Part shown: piece after piece, positions 43,324 through 52,500 of the stretch | Layout: each line of letters starts with the position of its first letter | Position numbering within the stretch: the first letter of the stretch is position 1 | IMG/VR virus record: IMGVR_UViG_3300037264_003623 | Location: 1-64,000 of that record | DNA: 64,000 nt | From: a virus | Strand: one strand, 5' to 3' | Notes under the pieces: model-generated | What the model saw: the letters and a program-made list of their open reading frames with translations, nothing else | What the model was told of the DNA's origin: nothing | Databases searched by the model: none | Program-made: the position numbers and the translations under genes

Positions 43324-45161
43324 GAACGCAGGATAGCAAGCGGTTCGCAGGCCTTCTCCTGGGCTCCCTGAACAAGGCGGAGTTCGAGGAGGAGGCGCAC
43401 CCGAGGGACGCCACGGGGAAGTTTGCCCCGAAGGAGGAATCCGCCCCTGCCGAGTCCGAGCACAGGAACCTTCGGTCCCTCGCCAGGGAGGCGTCCGCCC
43501 TGAGGGCCATCGGGGACGAAGGGGCAGCCAGGAAGATCGAGCAGAAGCTCCAGGCCGCCAGGGGGAAGGCAGAGGAGGGCCGTAGGGAGAGGATGCCGAA
43601 GCCGCTCGCTCCCCCTCGCCCCCAGCCAGCGCCCGCACCGAGGCCGCCGAGGGCGGCACCCGTTCCCCCTCCCCCGCCTCCATCTCCACCGAAACCGGCG
43701 AGATCTCCTCTTCCAAGGGCCGGGCCCGTCGATGTGGCCCATGAGCAGATAAGGATCGACAACGCGAGGGCGAAGGGGGATCTCTTCCGCGCCATGCGGA
43801 GGAGGATGGACGCGATCAAGGATCCGGCGAAGATGATGAACTTCGCTGATGCCCTGGACAGGAACAAGTACGATCAACTGGCCCAGGAGGCCAGGAACAA
43901 GCTCTTCGGCATGGGGTATGACAGGGATGGGAAGCCGGTCGATTTCGGGGCGAAGCCTCCTGCACCGTCTCCCGAGCCTCCTCCCTCGCCCGCGCCGCAG
44001 AGGCCCGCTCTGGCCGTCGCGGAACCTAAGCAACTGAGGCACGAGAAGGAGGCCGTCGGCGAGCTGAAGCGCAGGGCGTCCGGCTTCGACGATCTGGAGT
44101 CCAGGGTCAGGGAGAGGGTTCTGAGGCTCAAGAACCAGCAGAATAATCCACAGAAGGTTCGGAGCTTCGCCGATGAGCTGGAGGCACAGGGGGAGAAGTA
44201 TCTTGCGGAGGAGGCCAGGAACGCCCTCTGGGAGATGGGGTACAAGCCCGACGGCAGTCCGGTGCCGGAGGGCGAGAGGTTCGCGAGGCCCGCGCACGGT
44301 GTCCCGAGGCCAGCCGCGCCGCCTCCTCCTTCTCCTCTTCCTGAGGCCAGGGGTGCGACCGGCGTGAAGCACCCGATGTCGTCCGTCCACGACAGCGGGG
44401 CCGCCATGAAGGATGTCCAGTTCAATTTCCACGACAAGATTCACAAGGCGAAGGAGATGGGTGGCGGGATCGGGGAGACGCACAGGATCGAATTCAAGGA
44501 TGGGAACAAGGCCATCTACAAGCCGACGGCGGGGTCGGGGCTCCAGCATTACCACGATATGGGCCGTGATGTTAGGCGGACGATCGACTGGCAGATTCCG
44601 GAGGGGCAGCGGGAGGCCGTCGCCTACGCGATCAGCCGGGAGGCGGGTTTCGACATCGTGCCTCATGTCGAGCTGGTGAACTACCCGGTCGGGCGTCCGG
44701 GCGGGGGACACGCGATGGCTTGGGTGGAAGGTCAGGAGGCGGCCCACGCGGGGCAAAAGCTGAGGGATGATGCGAACGCCAATCATCCAGACCTGCACCG
44801 GATTGTCGCTCTCGACTTCATCATGGGCAACACCGACAGGCACTCCAGGAACTTCATGGGTGGCAAGGATGGACGATGGTACGCGATCGACAACGGGCTC
44901 GCCGGGTGCAAGGACATGGACATGTCGGAGTACAGGTCCGGACCCCATAGTATGTTGGAGGGGAGTCGGATACCTGACGAGGTCAAGGCCGAGATTCGAG
45001 CGATCAAGCCCGATGTGGTCAAAGGTGCCATGCAGAAGGCGGGATTCAAGCCGGTGGACATCAAGGGTGCCCTCGCCAGAATCGACTATTTGTCGAAGGC
45101 TCGAACATGGAAGAGCACCTGGGATGACAGTAGTGCAGCCAAGAGGCTCTACGAGGAGTAG
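43320..45161 (+). CDS. Leader/HPR-tagged protein with C-terminal HipA/PI3-4-kinase-like domain
   Basis: AIYKP, REAVAY, IVP, DFIMGNTDRH..N, AIDNG; internal repeat FAD.L......LA.EARN.L..MGY..DG.PV. Confidence 0.85.
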   Translation: MRTQDSKRFAGLLLGSLNKAEFEEEAHPRDATGKFAPKEESAPAESEHRNLRSLAREASALRAIGDEGAARKIEQKLQAARGKAEEGRRERMPKPLAPPRPQPAPAPRPPRAAPVPPPPPPSPPKPARSPLPRAGPVDVAHEQIRIDNARAKGDLFRAMRRRMDAIKDPAKMMNFADALDRNKYDQLAQEARNKLFGMGYDRDGKPVDFGAKPPAPSPEPPPSPAPQRPALAVAEPKQLRHEKEAVGELKRRASGFDDLESRVRERVLRLKNQQNNPQKVRSFADELEAQGEKYLAEEARNALWEMGYKPDGSPVPEGERFARPAHGVPRPAAPPPPSPLPEARGATGVKHPMSSVHDSGAAMKDVQFNFHDKIHKAKEMGGGIGETHRIEFKDGNKAIYKPTAGSGLQHYHDMGRDVRRTIDWQIPEGQREAVAYAISREAGFDIVPHVELVNYPVGRPGGGHAMAWVEGQEAAHAGQKLRDDANANHPDLHRIVALDFIMGNTDRHSRNFMGGKDGRWYAIDNGLAGCKDMDMSEYRSGPHSMLEGSRIPDEVKAEIRAIKPDVVKGAMQKAGFKPVDIKGALARIDYLSKARTWKSTWDDSSAAKRLYEE

Positions 45162-45181
45162 AGCGGGTCAGGAGGAGAAAC

Positions 45182-45499
45182 ATGCTCATCGGGATGAGGG
45201 TTCGGAAGGACACGGATAAGGGCGAGGCTACCGTGTTCGAGTACCGGATGGGCCAGAATGGCAGGGTGGCCCTTACGGTCGGGGATCCGAACGAGATCGT
45301 CTCGGAGATCACGCTGGGGTCGGGGGACAACACGATGATCGAGGACATGGGCGGGTCATACGGGGTGAGGATGCCCCCGTTCGCGAAGGGGGCCGAGAAG
45401 ACATACACCCCCGCCGACGGGGTGAGCTTCATCCTTGCGCTCCTCGTCCAGTTCAGCAGGAACAACGGCTACTCGTGGGCGGAGCCGATCCTCTCATGA
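45182..45499 (+). CDS. Small kinase-partner protein (putative immunity)
   Basis: Paralog of 46686..47006; SD AGGAG. Confidence 0.75.
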   Translation: MLIGMRVRKDTDKGEATVFEYRMGQNGRVALTVGDPNEIVSEITLGSGDNTMIEDMGGSYGVRMPPFAKGAEKTYTPADGVSFILALLVQFSRNNGYSWAEPILS

Positions 45500-46689
45500 A
45501 GACGTTCTACTCCAGGAAGTTCGCGAGGTTCATGGGTTCCATCCTGGCGAAGGCCACATGGGACCCGGATCTCCACCCGAGGAGCGAGGGCGGGAAGTTC
45601 TCCAGGACCGAGGGAGTCTCTGAGGAGAGGCGGGTCGCGGAGAGGCTCATGGGGACCTCGGCGGATCAGCTTGAGGCGGAGGCACGGGAGACCGAGCGGG
45701 AGGCTTCCGCGCTGAGGGCGATGGGGAAGGGCGAGAAGGCCGCGATGGCCGACGCCGTGGCGAGGGACCTGATGGAGAGGGCGAAACTGGCGAGGGAGCC
45801 GGTCAGGGTGTTCAGGCCGGGATCGGAGCCGAGGAGGCCCGCCCCGCCGATAGATCCCACGAGGCATCCGCAGGAGTCCGTGAGGGGGAGGGCAGAGACG
45901 ATGAGAAAAGCCTCGGGGAAGCCTGAGGCTTTCATCATGAACACGCGCAGGGTCATGGGGGGCAAGGGAGAGTGCCACCGAGTCCTCTTCGACGACGGGA
46001 CCAGGGCCGCCTACAAGCCGACGGCGGGGTCCGTCCTTGTGCAGATGGAGAAGCAGGGCCGGGGTGAGGAGATCACGATCGACCCGAAGATCCCGGAATC
46101 GAAGCGCGAACGGGCCGTCTTCGATCTCAGCGCGATGGCCGGGTTCGACGTGGTGCCCCCGGTCGAGCTCGTGGACTACGATGGGGTGGGGTCCCCCGGG
46201 GGCGGGCACGCTATGGCATGGGTGGACGGGCAGGAGGCCATTGACATCGAGGACCAGTACTACAAGGACATCTCCGCGAACCATCCCGACCTTCACCGGA
46301 TTGCGGCGCTCGACTTCATCACGGGCAATGTAGACCGGCACCAGGGGAACTTCATGAGGGGGAAGGACGGGCGCTGGTACGCGATCGACAATGGCCTCTG
46401 CTTCACCAGGGACATGGAGCTCGGGATGTCGTGGTCCGATGTCATGCGGAAGCTCATGATGCACGTCACGCCGCCGGAGGTGCGGGCGGAGATCGCCTCG
46501 ATCGACAAGGACGCTATGGGCGGAATCATGAAGGAGGCGGGCTTCGACGCCGTGGACATCAAGGCCGCGCAGACGAGGCTGGATGTGCTCAAGGCCTTGG
46601 GCGGGTGGGGGACGGAGGGGCAAATGTACGGGGCGGCCGAGGACGCCTACTTCCAGGCGGGTGGGCGCAGGCGGCCAGGGAGGGAATGA
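45496..46689 (+). CDS. Second leader/HPR-tagged HipA/PI3-4-kinase-like protein
   Basis: AAYKP, RERAVF, DFITGNVDRH..N, AIDNG. Confidence 0.85.
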   Translation: MKTFYSRKFARFMGSILAKATWDPDLHPRSEGGKFSRTEGVSEERRVAERLMGTSADQLEAEARETEREASALRAMGKGEKAAMADAVARDLMERAKLAREPVRVFRPGSEPRRPAPPIDPTRHPQESVRGRAETMRKASGKPEAFIMNTRRVMGGKGECHRVLFDDGTRAAYKPTAGSVLVQMEKQGRGEEITIDPKIPESKRERAVFDLSAMAGFDVVPPVELVDYDGVGSPGGGHAMAWVDGQEAIDIEDQYYKDISANHPDLHRIAALDFITGNVDRHQGNFMRGKDGRWYAIDNGLCFTRDMELGMSWSDVMRKLMMHVTPPEVRAEIASIDKDAMGGIMKEAGFDAVDIKAAQTRLDVLKALGGWGTEGQMYGAAEDAYFQAGGRRRPGRE

Positions 46690-47006
46690 TCGTGCTCATT
46701 GGGGTAAGATGGGTGAGGGACGTGGACACCGGGCGGGATGTGTCGTTCGAGTACAGGCTGGACCCGAGGACCGGCAAGGCTGTCCAGGTCGCGGGGCCCG
46801 CGAGGGCGAACGACGAGGTGATCCTCTCCCCGTGGGATGGGGTGATGGGCCCCGAGATCGCCAAGTATCACGGGATGGATTTCAAGCCGGTTCCGAAGGG
46901 CGGGAGGAGGCTGACCCCGGACGACGGGGTTGACTTCCTTCTCGCCGTTCTCGTCAAGTACGCGAGGAACACCGGCTACGGCAGGGTCGAGCCGATCAGC
47001 CGATAG
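46686..47006 (+). CDS. Small kinase-partner protein (putative immunity)
   Basis: LIG.R..D.D.G...FEYR...TP.DGV.F.LA.LV...RN.GY...EPI shared with 45182..45499. Confidence 0.75.
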   Translation: MIVLIGVRWVRDVDTGRDVSFEYRLDPRTGKAVQVAGPARANDEVILSPWDGVMGPEIAKYHGMDFKPVPKGGRRLTPDDGVDFLLAVLVKYARNTGYGRVEPISR

Positions 47007-47015
47007 GAGGATCAG

Positions 47016-48341
47016 ATGGAGACGCCGTCGAGCAGGGCCACGAGCAATCTGATTTCCAAGTCCCTGGAGACCGTCCAGGAGACGCCGGGCCAGGTGTCCT
47101 CGAAGGAGATGCAGGACCTCTCCGCGATGATCCTGAAGGCGATGGACGACCCCGCCTTCGTCGAGACGGTCTGCCCGAGCGGCGGCTGCCCCGAGCTCCG
47201 CGGCCTCCTCCTGGAGGTGGTCGAGCGGGCCAAGGAGGAGGACGACTCCCCCGAGGTCAAGGCGTGCGTCTCGAAGAAGATCCCGATCCTCATCGAAGAG
47301 GGATATCCGAGAGCCCAAAGTGTCGCGATCGCGTTCTCGGTTTGCCGCAAGGACCCGTCCGTCGCCGACAAGGCGGTGAAGGTCGAGGGGACGCCCCGCT
47401 ACATGACCGAGGCGGAGCTCCGCGCCATGAAGCCGAAGAAGCCGGAGACCGACACGGACACGGAGATCGAGTCCGCGATCGGGTGCGATCTCGACGCGCT
47501 CAACAGGACGACTTCCGTCCTGATTTCCAAGGCCGGGACCTCTGATGGCGCGAAGCTGGGGTGGGAGACCCGTAGGGGCGGAGCGCCCACTGATGAACCC
47601 AAGGCTGGGATGCCCTCCAGGCAGGAGTGGGATGGGTTCCAATCGAACGCTGATGCGGTATTCGATGTCAGCAGGGGCGCGGTCAAAGAGGTTGAACGGA
47701 TCGAGGAGAGGGCCATAGAAGCGGAAGAGGAGGGTAGATCCCGCCTACATCCGTTCGGCGTGAAAGAGCCGACGACGCCGAAGGGCGTGGAGCAGGCTCT
47801 GAACAAGCTGGCGGATGTCGCGCCGAAGGCCGCTGACCTCGCGGCGAGACTGAAAGGCGTCCCTGGGGTGGACGAGGGGAAGAGGAAGGCCGCTGAGGAC
47901 AAGATGCGGGGATGGAAAGGTGGGGTGCCCCGTGAGGAGATGCAGGATTTCAACGACATCGTGTCCGACATCTACACGATGGTAGACAGCGCCAGGGCGG
48001 ACCATGACCCGAAGTACATGGAGGGGTCCGAGCCCGTGACGCGGCCTTCCGTGGGCAAGGAGCTCGTTCTGAACCTGGGCGTGCAGAAGCGGTTCTTGTC
48101 CCTGCAAGACCTTGAGGGATTCAAGCCGACGAAACCGGAGGACGTCCGCCCGCCACGGGAGAGCACCAGGCACGAGGGCGAGCCGGAAGACTCGGGGCTT
48201 CGTCGCCTCATCATGCCGGGATGGGCCCGAAAGGGCGGCCAGGTTGCGCCTCCCGGTGACGTCCCGAAGGATAGGATCAGGGGCGATGGCTTGACCGAGA
48301 TGCTCATGCCGAGCAGGAAAGAGGACGAGCCCAAGGAATAG
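47016..48341 (+). CDS. Multi-module tagged protein (putative virion cargo)
   Basis: EGYP.AQ.VAIA.S module; ISK-AGTSDGAKLGWETRR. Confidence 0.75.
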   Translation: METPSSRATSNLISKSLETVQETPGQVSSKEMQDLSAMILKAMDDPAFVETVCPSGGCPELRGLLLEVVERAKEEDDSPEVKACVSKKIPILIEEGYPRAQSVAIAFSVCRKDPSVADKAVKVEGTPRYMTEAELRAMKPKKPETDTDTEIESAIGCDLDALNRTTSVLISKAGTSDGAKLGWETRRGGAPTDEPKAGMPSRQEWDGFQSNADAVFDVSRGAVKEVERIEERAIEAEEEGRSRLHPFGVKEPTTPKGVEQALNKLADVAPKAADLAARLKGVPGVDEGKRKAAEDKMRGWKGGVPREEMQDFNDIVSDIYTMVDSARADHDPKYMEGSEPVTRPSVGKELVLNLGVQKRFLSLQDLEGFKPTKPEDVRPPRESTRHEGEPEDSGLRRLIMPGWARKGGQVAPPGDVPKDRIRGDGLTEMLMPSRKEDEPKE

Positions 48342-48351
48342 CGCACACGAT

Positions 48352-49059
48352 GTGCGGAAACCGGAGGAATACCCCGTGAAAGAGCGCAAGGACAAGGACC
48401 TGGGCTCGATTTTCAACGCCAAGTCCCTCCTCGACGGGCAGGGGACCCCACAGCGGGACACCGCCCAGAGCAGGAAGGTCGCCCTGGACTTCGCCGGGAT
48501 GCTCGCGAAGGATGGCACGAGCGAGGGTGCGAAGAAGGGCTGGGAAACTCGACGCGGCGCGGCAGCCCTGTCCGAGGGCCCCAAGGAGTTCAGAGACTTC
48601 ATGGTAGGAGCCATCGCCCAGCGCGACACCCCTGATGCCAAGGCGACGAAGGAGATGGCGGAGAATCTCAAGGACAGTGATGTTCCCCTGAAGGATGCTT
48701 TTACCGCCGCTCAGAAACGGGTTGACCAGGCCGACGCCCTCGCCGGGGAGACCCTCAAGCGGTTCGGCTCCGCCCTTTCCCAGTATCACGTCGACAACAT
48801 CAATCGCGAGCGGGAGACGATCAAGCGGGCCATGGATGTCGCCGACAGGCATGTCCGGGAGAACAGCCGGGGGTATGCCGCCGACGCCATCAGCAACGCC
48901 GTCGAGGGCGCGGACCTCATGTCGATCTGGGCATCTTCCGCGGTCGGAGAAGTCTGGAAAAAGCAGACCCGGGAGAGGGGGGTGGGGAAGTCCGGCACTT
49001 CCGAGGGGGTCCCGAAGACCCTCAAGGGGTCGTTCCTGACCGAAGGCGACACACAATAG
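48352..49059 (+). CDS. Tagged protein (putative virion cargo)
   Basis: LAK-DGTSEGAKKGWETRR; start codon uncertain. Confidence 0.7.
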   Translation: MRKPEEYPVKERKDKDLGSIFNAKSLLDGQGTPQRDTAQSRKVALDFAGMLAKDGTSEGAKKGWETRRGAAALSEGPKEFRDFMVGAIAQRDTPDAKATKEMAENLKDSDVPLKDAFTAAQKRVDQADALAGETLKRFGSALSQYHVDNINRERETIKRAMDVADRHVRENSRGYAADAISNAVEGADLMSIWASSAVGEVWKKQTRERGVGKSGTSEGVPKTLKGSFLTEGDTQ

Positions 49060-49084
49060 GTTGCGTTTCCCATCCGGTTCCTTC

Positions 49085-49112
49085 TTGGCGAATACGCTAA
49101 AGGGTGTATAAT
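49085..49112 (+). promoter_or_regulatory. Promoter TTGGCG-N16-TATAAT, leaderless-type
   Basis: ATG 49119 lies 7 nt after the -10 box. Confidence 0.65.
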
Positions 49113-49118
49113 AGGATC

Positions 49119-50681
49119 ATGGAAGTGGGCGCGATCTATGACGTCCAGAAGGAAGGCACCTCCGAGGGTGCCTACCGCGGGTGGGAGACTAGGAGAGACG
49201 GCCCGAGGGCCGCCCCTTTCGTCGAAGCGCGGAGGAAGATTGGGAGCATGGTGGAGGAGGCCAACGAGGAGTTCAAGAGGGAGGTTGCTCTTCACCTGAA
49301 GGGTATCCCGAGCGACTACGCGGGGATGACACGCAGGGACAGGGAGAACAGAGCCGAAGGCCTGAGGCTCGTTCGGGATGCAGTCGAGAGACTGAGGGGG
49401 GCCGAGGTCGCGGAGGCGGACAGGGGTACGCTCGCCAGGATGATCGACTACGCGGAGCGGGAAGCCCCCATCATCAGCGAGCGCGACAAGGGGGACCGGA
49501 GGTGGCACGAGGAGTTCGACGCCTTCCTCGCCGAAGCCGAGGAGGTCGCGTCCAGGGCGAAGGAGCCCGAGGGAATGGAAAAGGGCGAGGTCGTCGTCTG
49601 GGAGCCGAGCAGGCATCCCCGGGGGGAGGGGGGCCGGTTCGCCCAGGCCGAGGCCAGGGATCCCGAGGAGAGGCGGAGGCTGGTCGAGTCCGCGGCGTCC
49701 GAGGCCGCCAGGCGGGTTATCGACAGCATGGGCCGAGACGCGAACAGGGTGATCTACGATACGGTGAGCGAGTTCGGCCTGTCCGGCAACGACGCGGCCG
49801 AGGCGTTCCAGATGGCCGACCGGAGGCTGCGGAAGGAGCGGGAGCTGGATGTGCTCCGCAAGGCCACTGGGGACCTGCTCTCGAAGGTCGAGTTCGAGGA
49901 GGACGAGCACCCGAGGGACCCCGCAGGCAGGTTCGCCTCCAGGGGAGAAGGGGTCGCGCCGAGGGCCGATGCCGTCTCGAAGGAGGAGATCGACAGGGTG
50001 TTCGACGGCAGGGCGAAGAACCCGAGCACGCCCGATGAGCAGAGCCGCCTGCACCAGGAGATCGAGGCCTCGGCGGACAGGGCGAGTCGGATGTCGCAGG
50101 AGGACCACATCTCCGGGGTGCCCGAGAGGATGACCAAGGTATCCGAGAGGGCGGAGGCCGTCGTGATGTCCCTCGGCAGGAGGATCATGGAGGAGGGCGC
50201 AGCTAACTGGAAGGAGTTCGTCTTCGCGGTGGAGAACGGGAGCGGGGACGTGGTGGGGATGAGGGAGGGCGACAAGGAATCAGCGTCGTGCGTCGGGATC
50301 TACGGGGGGATGGACAGGGATAGGGGATACACGTTCGTCCACAACCATCCCACAAGCAACTCCTTCTCGGACGTGGACGTGATCATATTCACTAGGATCC
50401 CCCAGTTTACGAGGGCGGTGGTGGTCAGCGGGATGTGGACGTACATTCTGGAGAAGCCGCCGGGGTGGAACTTCAGGAAGGTTTGGGGCGTGGACGATGC
50501 CAGGGCGGAGTACCTCCGCCAGAGCGACGTGCTGACGCCCAAGTACAAGCCCCCCGCCAACCCGGACGGGACGAGGGACGACGCCAGGGACAGGGTCGCG
50601 TGGCGGGAGCAGGGCCATGAGGTGATATCCAACCTGGCGAAGCTCTACGGGCTGTCCTACAGGAGGGAGAAGAGGGCATGA
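49119..50681 (+). CDS. Three-tag polyprotein with C-terminal JAB/MPN-like domain
   Basis: One GTSEGA tag, two HPR tags; E...FVHNHP.S.SFS..D. Confidence 0.75.
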   Translation: MEVGAIYDVQKEGTSEGAYRGWETRRDGPRAAPFVEARRKIGSMVEEANEEFKREVALHLKGIPSDYAGMTRRDRENRAEGLRLVRDAVERLRGAEVAEADRGTLARMIDYAEREAPIISERDKGDRRWHEEFDAFLAEAEEVASRAKEPEGMEKGEVVVWEPSRHPRGEGGRFAQAEARDPEERRRLVESAASEAARRVIDSMGRDANRVIYDTVSEFGLSGNDAAEAFQMADRRLRKERELDVLRKATGDLLSKVEFEEDEHPRDPAGRFASRGEGVAPRADAVSKEEIDRVFDGRAKNPSTPDEQSRLHQEIEASADRASRMSQEDHISGVPERMTKVSERAEAVVMSLGRRIMEEGAANWKEFVFAVENGSGDVVGMREGDKESASCVGIYGGMDRDRGYTFVHNHPTSNSFSDVDVIIFTRIPQFTRAVVVSGMWTYILEKPPGWNFRKVWGVDDARAEYLRQSDVLTPKYKPPANPDGTRDDARDRVAWREQGHEVISNLAKLYGLSYRREKRA

Positions 50682-51787
50682 AGGATCCGAAGGTGCCGAT
50701 CACCGAGTGGGACATCGACGACCGCGGCAACGTGCCTCCCTACGGGAACGCCGTCGCGAAGGAGGGCACTTCTGAAGGGGCGAAGCTGGGATGGGAAACG
50801 AGGCGGGAGGGCGGACAGGCGGAGGAGAAGAAGCCGGACGCCTCATCCTTCGAGACGCCCCCCGAGAATTGGCAGCAAAGTCTGCCGTACCAGCATCGGC
50901 TGAACTTGGGTGCATGGACGGAGTGGCTCACCAACCTGAGGATGTCCCATGTCTACCGCCAGGGGGGCGAGGCCAAGCCCTACCGGCCAGAGTTCGCCGA
51001 CGTCGCGGCTCGGCGCGAGGTCGGGCGGTGGCTCGATCGCAACGACGATAAGATGATCTACCACATCTCGCGGAAGGTGGACATCTCGCATGGGCCGAGG
51101 GACGAGAAGATCGGCGAGGCGGTCGGGCTGGTTCAGGAGATCGTTCGCATGGCCCAGGCCGAGGCGCGGAGGGAGGCCGAGACGCAGGCCAAGAAGAACC
51201 CTCTGTCCGGCGTCCTGTTCGGGAAGGCCAGGGTCGTGGGCGGATTCCCACTCACGCAGGAGGACGCGCTCGCGAAGGAAGGCACGTCCGAAGGCGCCAA
51301 GAAAGGGTGGGAGACCAGGCGCGAGGGCGGCGGGGCGCTATCCGAAGAGGAGCGCAAGAGGGCCATTCGATCCCTTGAGGTGCGGGGCGCGGCGGACAGG
51401 GGCGACGTGTCCGTGAAGATCGTCCCCCTTCTTACCGGGGAGGGGTTCGGGGTGGAGACCACGGTGGCTGGCGACAGGAGGAACCCGAGGGAGCCCGCCA
51501 TGACGATGGAGGAGGCACGCAGGTTCGCCCTGGAGCAGCTCCAGAGCCCCCGCCCGACCCAGACCCCCGAGATGAAGCCGAAGCCCGAGGCGGAGGAGAA
51601 GAAGCCCTCTCCGACGCCCGTGAGGCCCTACAGGAACCCCGGAGACTTGGCCGCCGACTACAAGCGGCAAGGTATCCCGAAGCAACGTGCCTGGGATCAG
51701 TTCATCATCGACACTGTCCTCTCCCCGAAGTTCCGGTCGGAGCAGGTGGACGCGAGGGAGTTCTTCCAGGCCTACGATAGGGCGTAG
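50678..51787 (+). CDS. Two-tag polyprotein (putative virion cargo)
   Basis: Two AK-EGTSEGAK.GWETRREGG copies. Confidence 0.75.
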   Translation: MKDPKVPITEWDIDDRGNVPPYGNAVAKEGTSEGAKLGWETRREGGQAEEKKPDASSFETPPENWQQSLPYQHRLNLGAWTEWLTNLRMSHVYRQGGEAKPYRPEFADVAARREVGRWLDRNDDKMIYHISRKVDISHGPRDEKIGEAVGLVQEIVRMAQAEARREAETQAKKNPLSGVLFGKARVVGGFPLTQEDALAKEGTSEGAKKGWETRREGGGALSEEERKRAIRSLEVRGAADRGDVSVKIVPLLTGEGFGVETTVAGDRRNPREPAMTMEEARRFALEQLQSPRPTQTPEMKPKPEAEEKKPSPTPVRPYRNPGDLAADYKRQGIPKQRAWDQFIIDTVLSPKFRSEQVDAREFFQAYDRA

Positions 51788-51859
51788 GTCGCGGGGAGAT
51801 GGAACGGTGGAGGCAGACTGCATCCTATCTCTGCTTCTTGCCCTACCAGATCCTGCGGC

Positions 51860-52480
51860 TTGAGCACAGAGGCGCACACGGTGTGCGGGAATGGGTGTCA
51901 CATGGCGGAGGCGGGAGGAAGGGTTTGCTCGTGCGGCCATCCCGAGTCGTCGCACGACCGGTTCGGCTGCCACTATGGCGGCTGCCCTTGTCCCCGCTTC
52001 GACCCCTTGCCTTCCTTGGCAGAGAACTTCAAGGAGGTCATCGACCTTGTGCGCCTCGCAATCGAGCTGCACCCACAGCTCAAGATGTACTGGTATTACT
52101 CTCCTCGGGGTCACCGGCGCTACCTGATGCCCACCCGGGTTGGGAAGTCGAGGCGCTACTCGACGGGCACCCTGAAAGGTGACACGGAAGCGGCCCCCGT
52201 AGGGCTCGGATCCGGGTCGGCCGCGCCCTCAAACCCCTCCGGAATCGGTCGCGGGGCCGTCCAGGCTGCCCCCAGGAACCAGCGCGAAGCCTCTTGGGCC
52301 ACTTCCCCGCATGGGCGCGGCGGCCTCCTCGCTCCGGGCCGCGGGCGCCGTCTCCCCTTCTCCATCAACGACTTGCATCCCACCAGGAACCAGGACGCAC
52401 ACGCATACCCCCTCGATGGGTATGCGCCGGCTCTCAAAAACGTCGCAAGTCCTCGCGCACGAGGGATTTACGTCAGATAG
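51860..52480 (+). CDS. Hypothetical Cys-rich protein; C-terminal half doubtful
   Basis: CSCGH...H...C....CPC..F; start uncertain. Confidence 0.4.
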   Translation: MSTEAHTVCGNGCHMAEAGGRVCSCGHPESSHDRFGCHYGGCPCPRFDPLPSLAENFKEVIDLVRLAIELHPQLKMYWYYSPRGHRRYLMPTRVGKSRRYSTGTLKGDTEAAPVGLGSGSAAPSNPSGIGRGAVQAAPRNQREASWATSPHGRGGLLAPGRGRRLPFSINDLHPTRNQDAHAYPLDGYAPALKNVASPRARGIYVR

Positions 52481-52500
52481 AGAAGTCATAGGAGGAGGCT

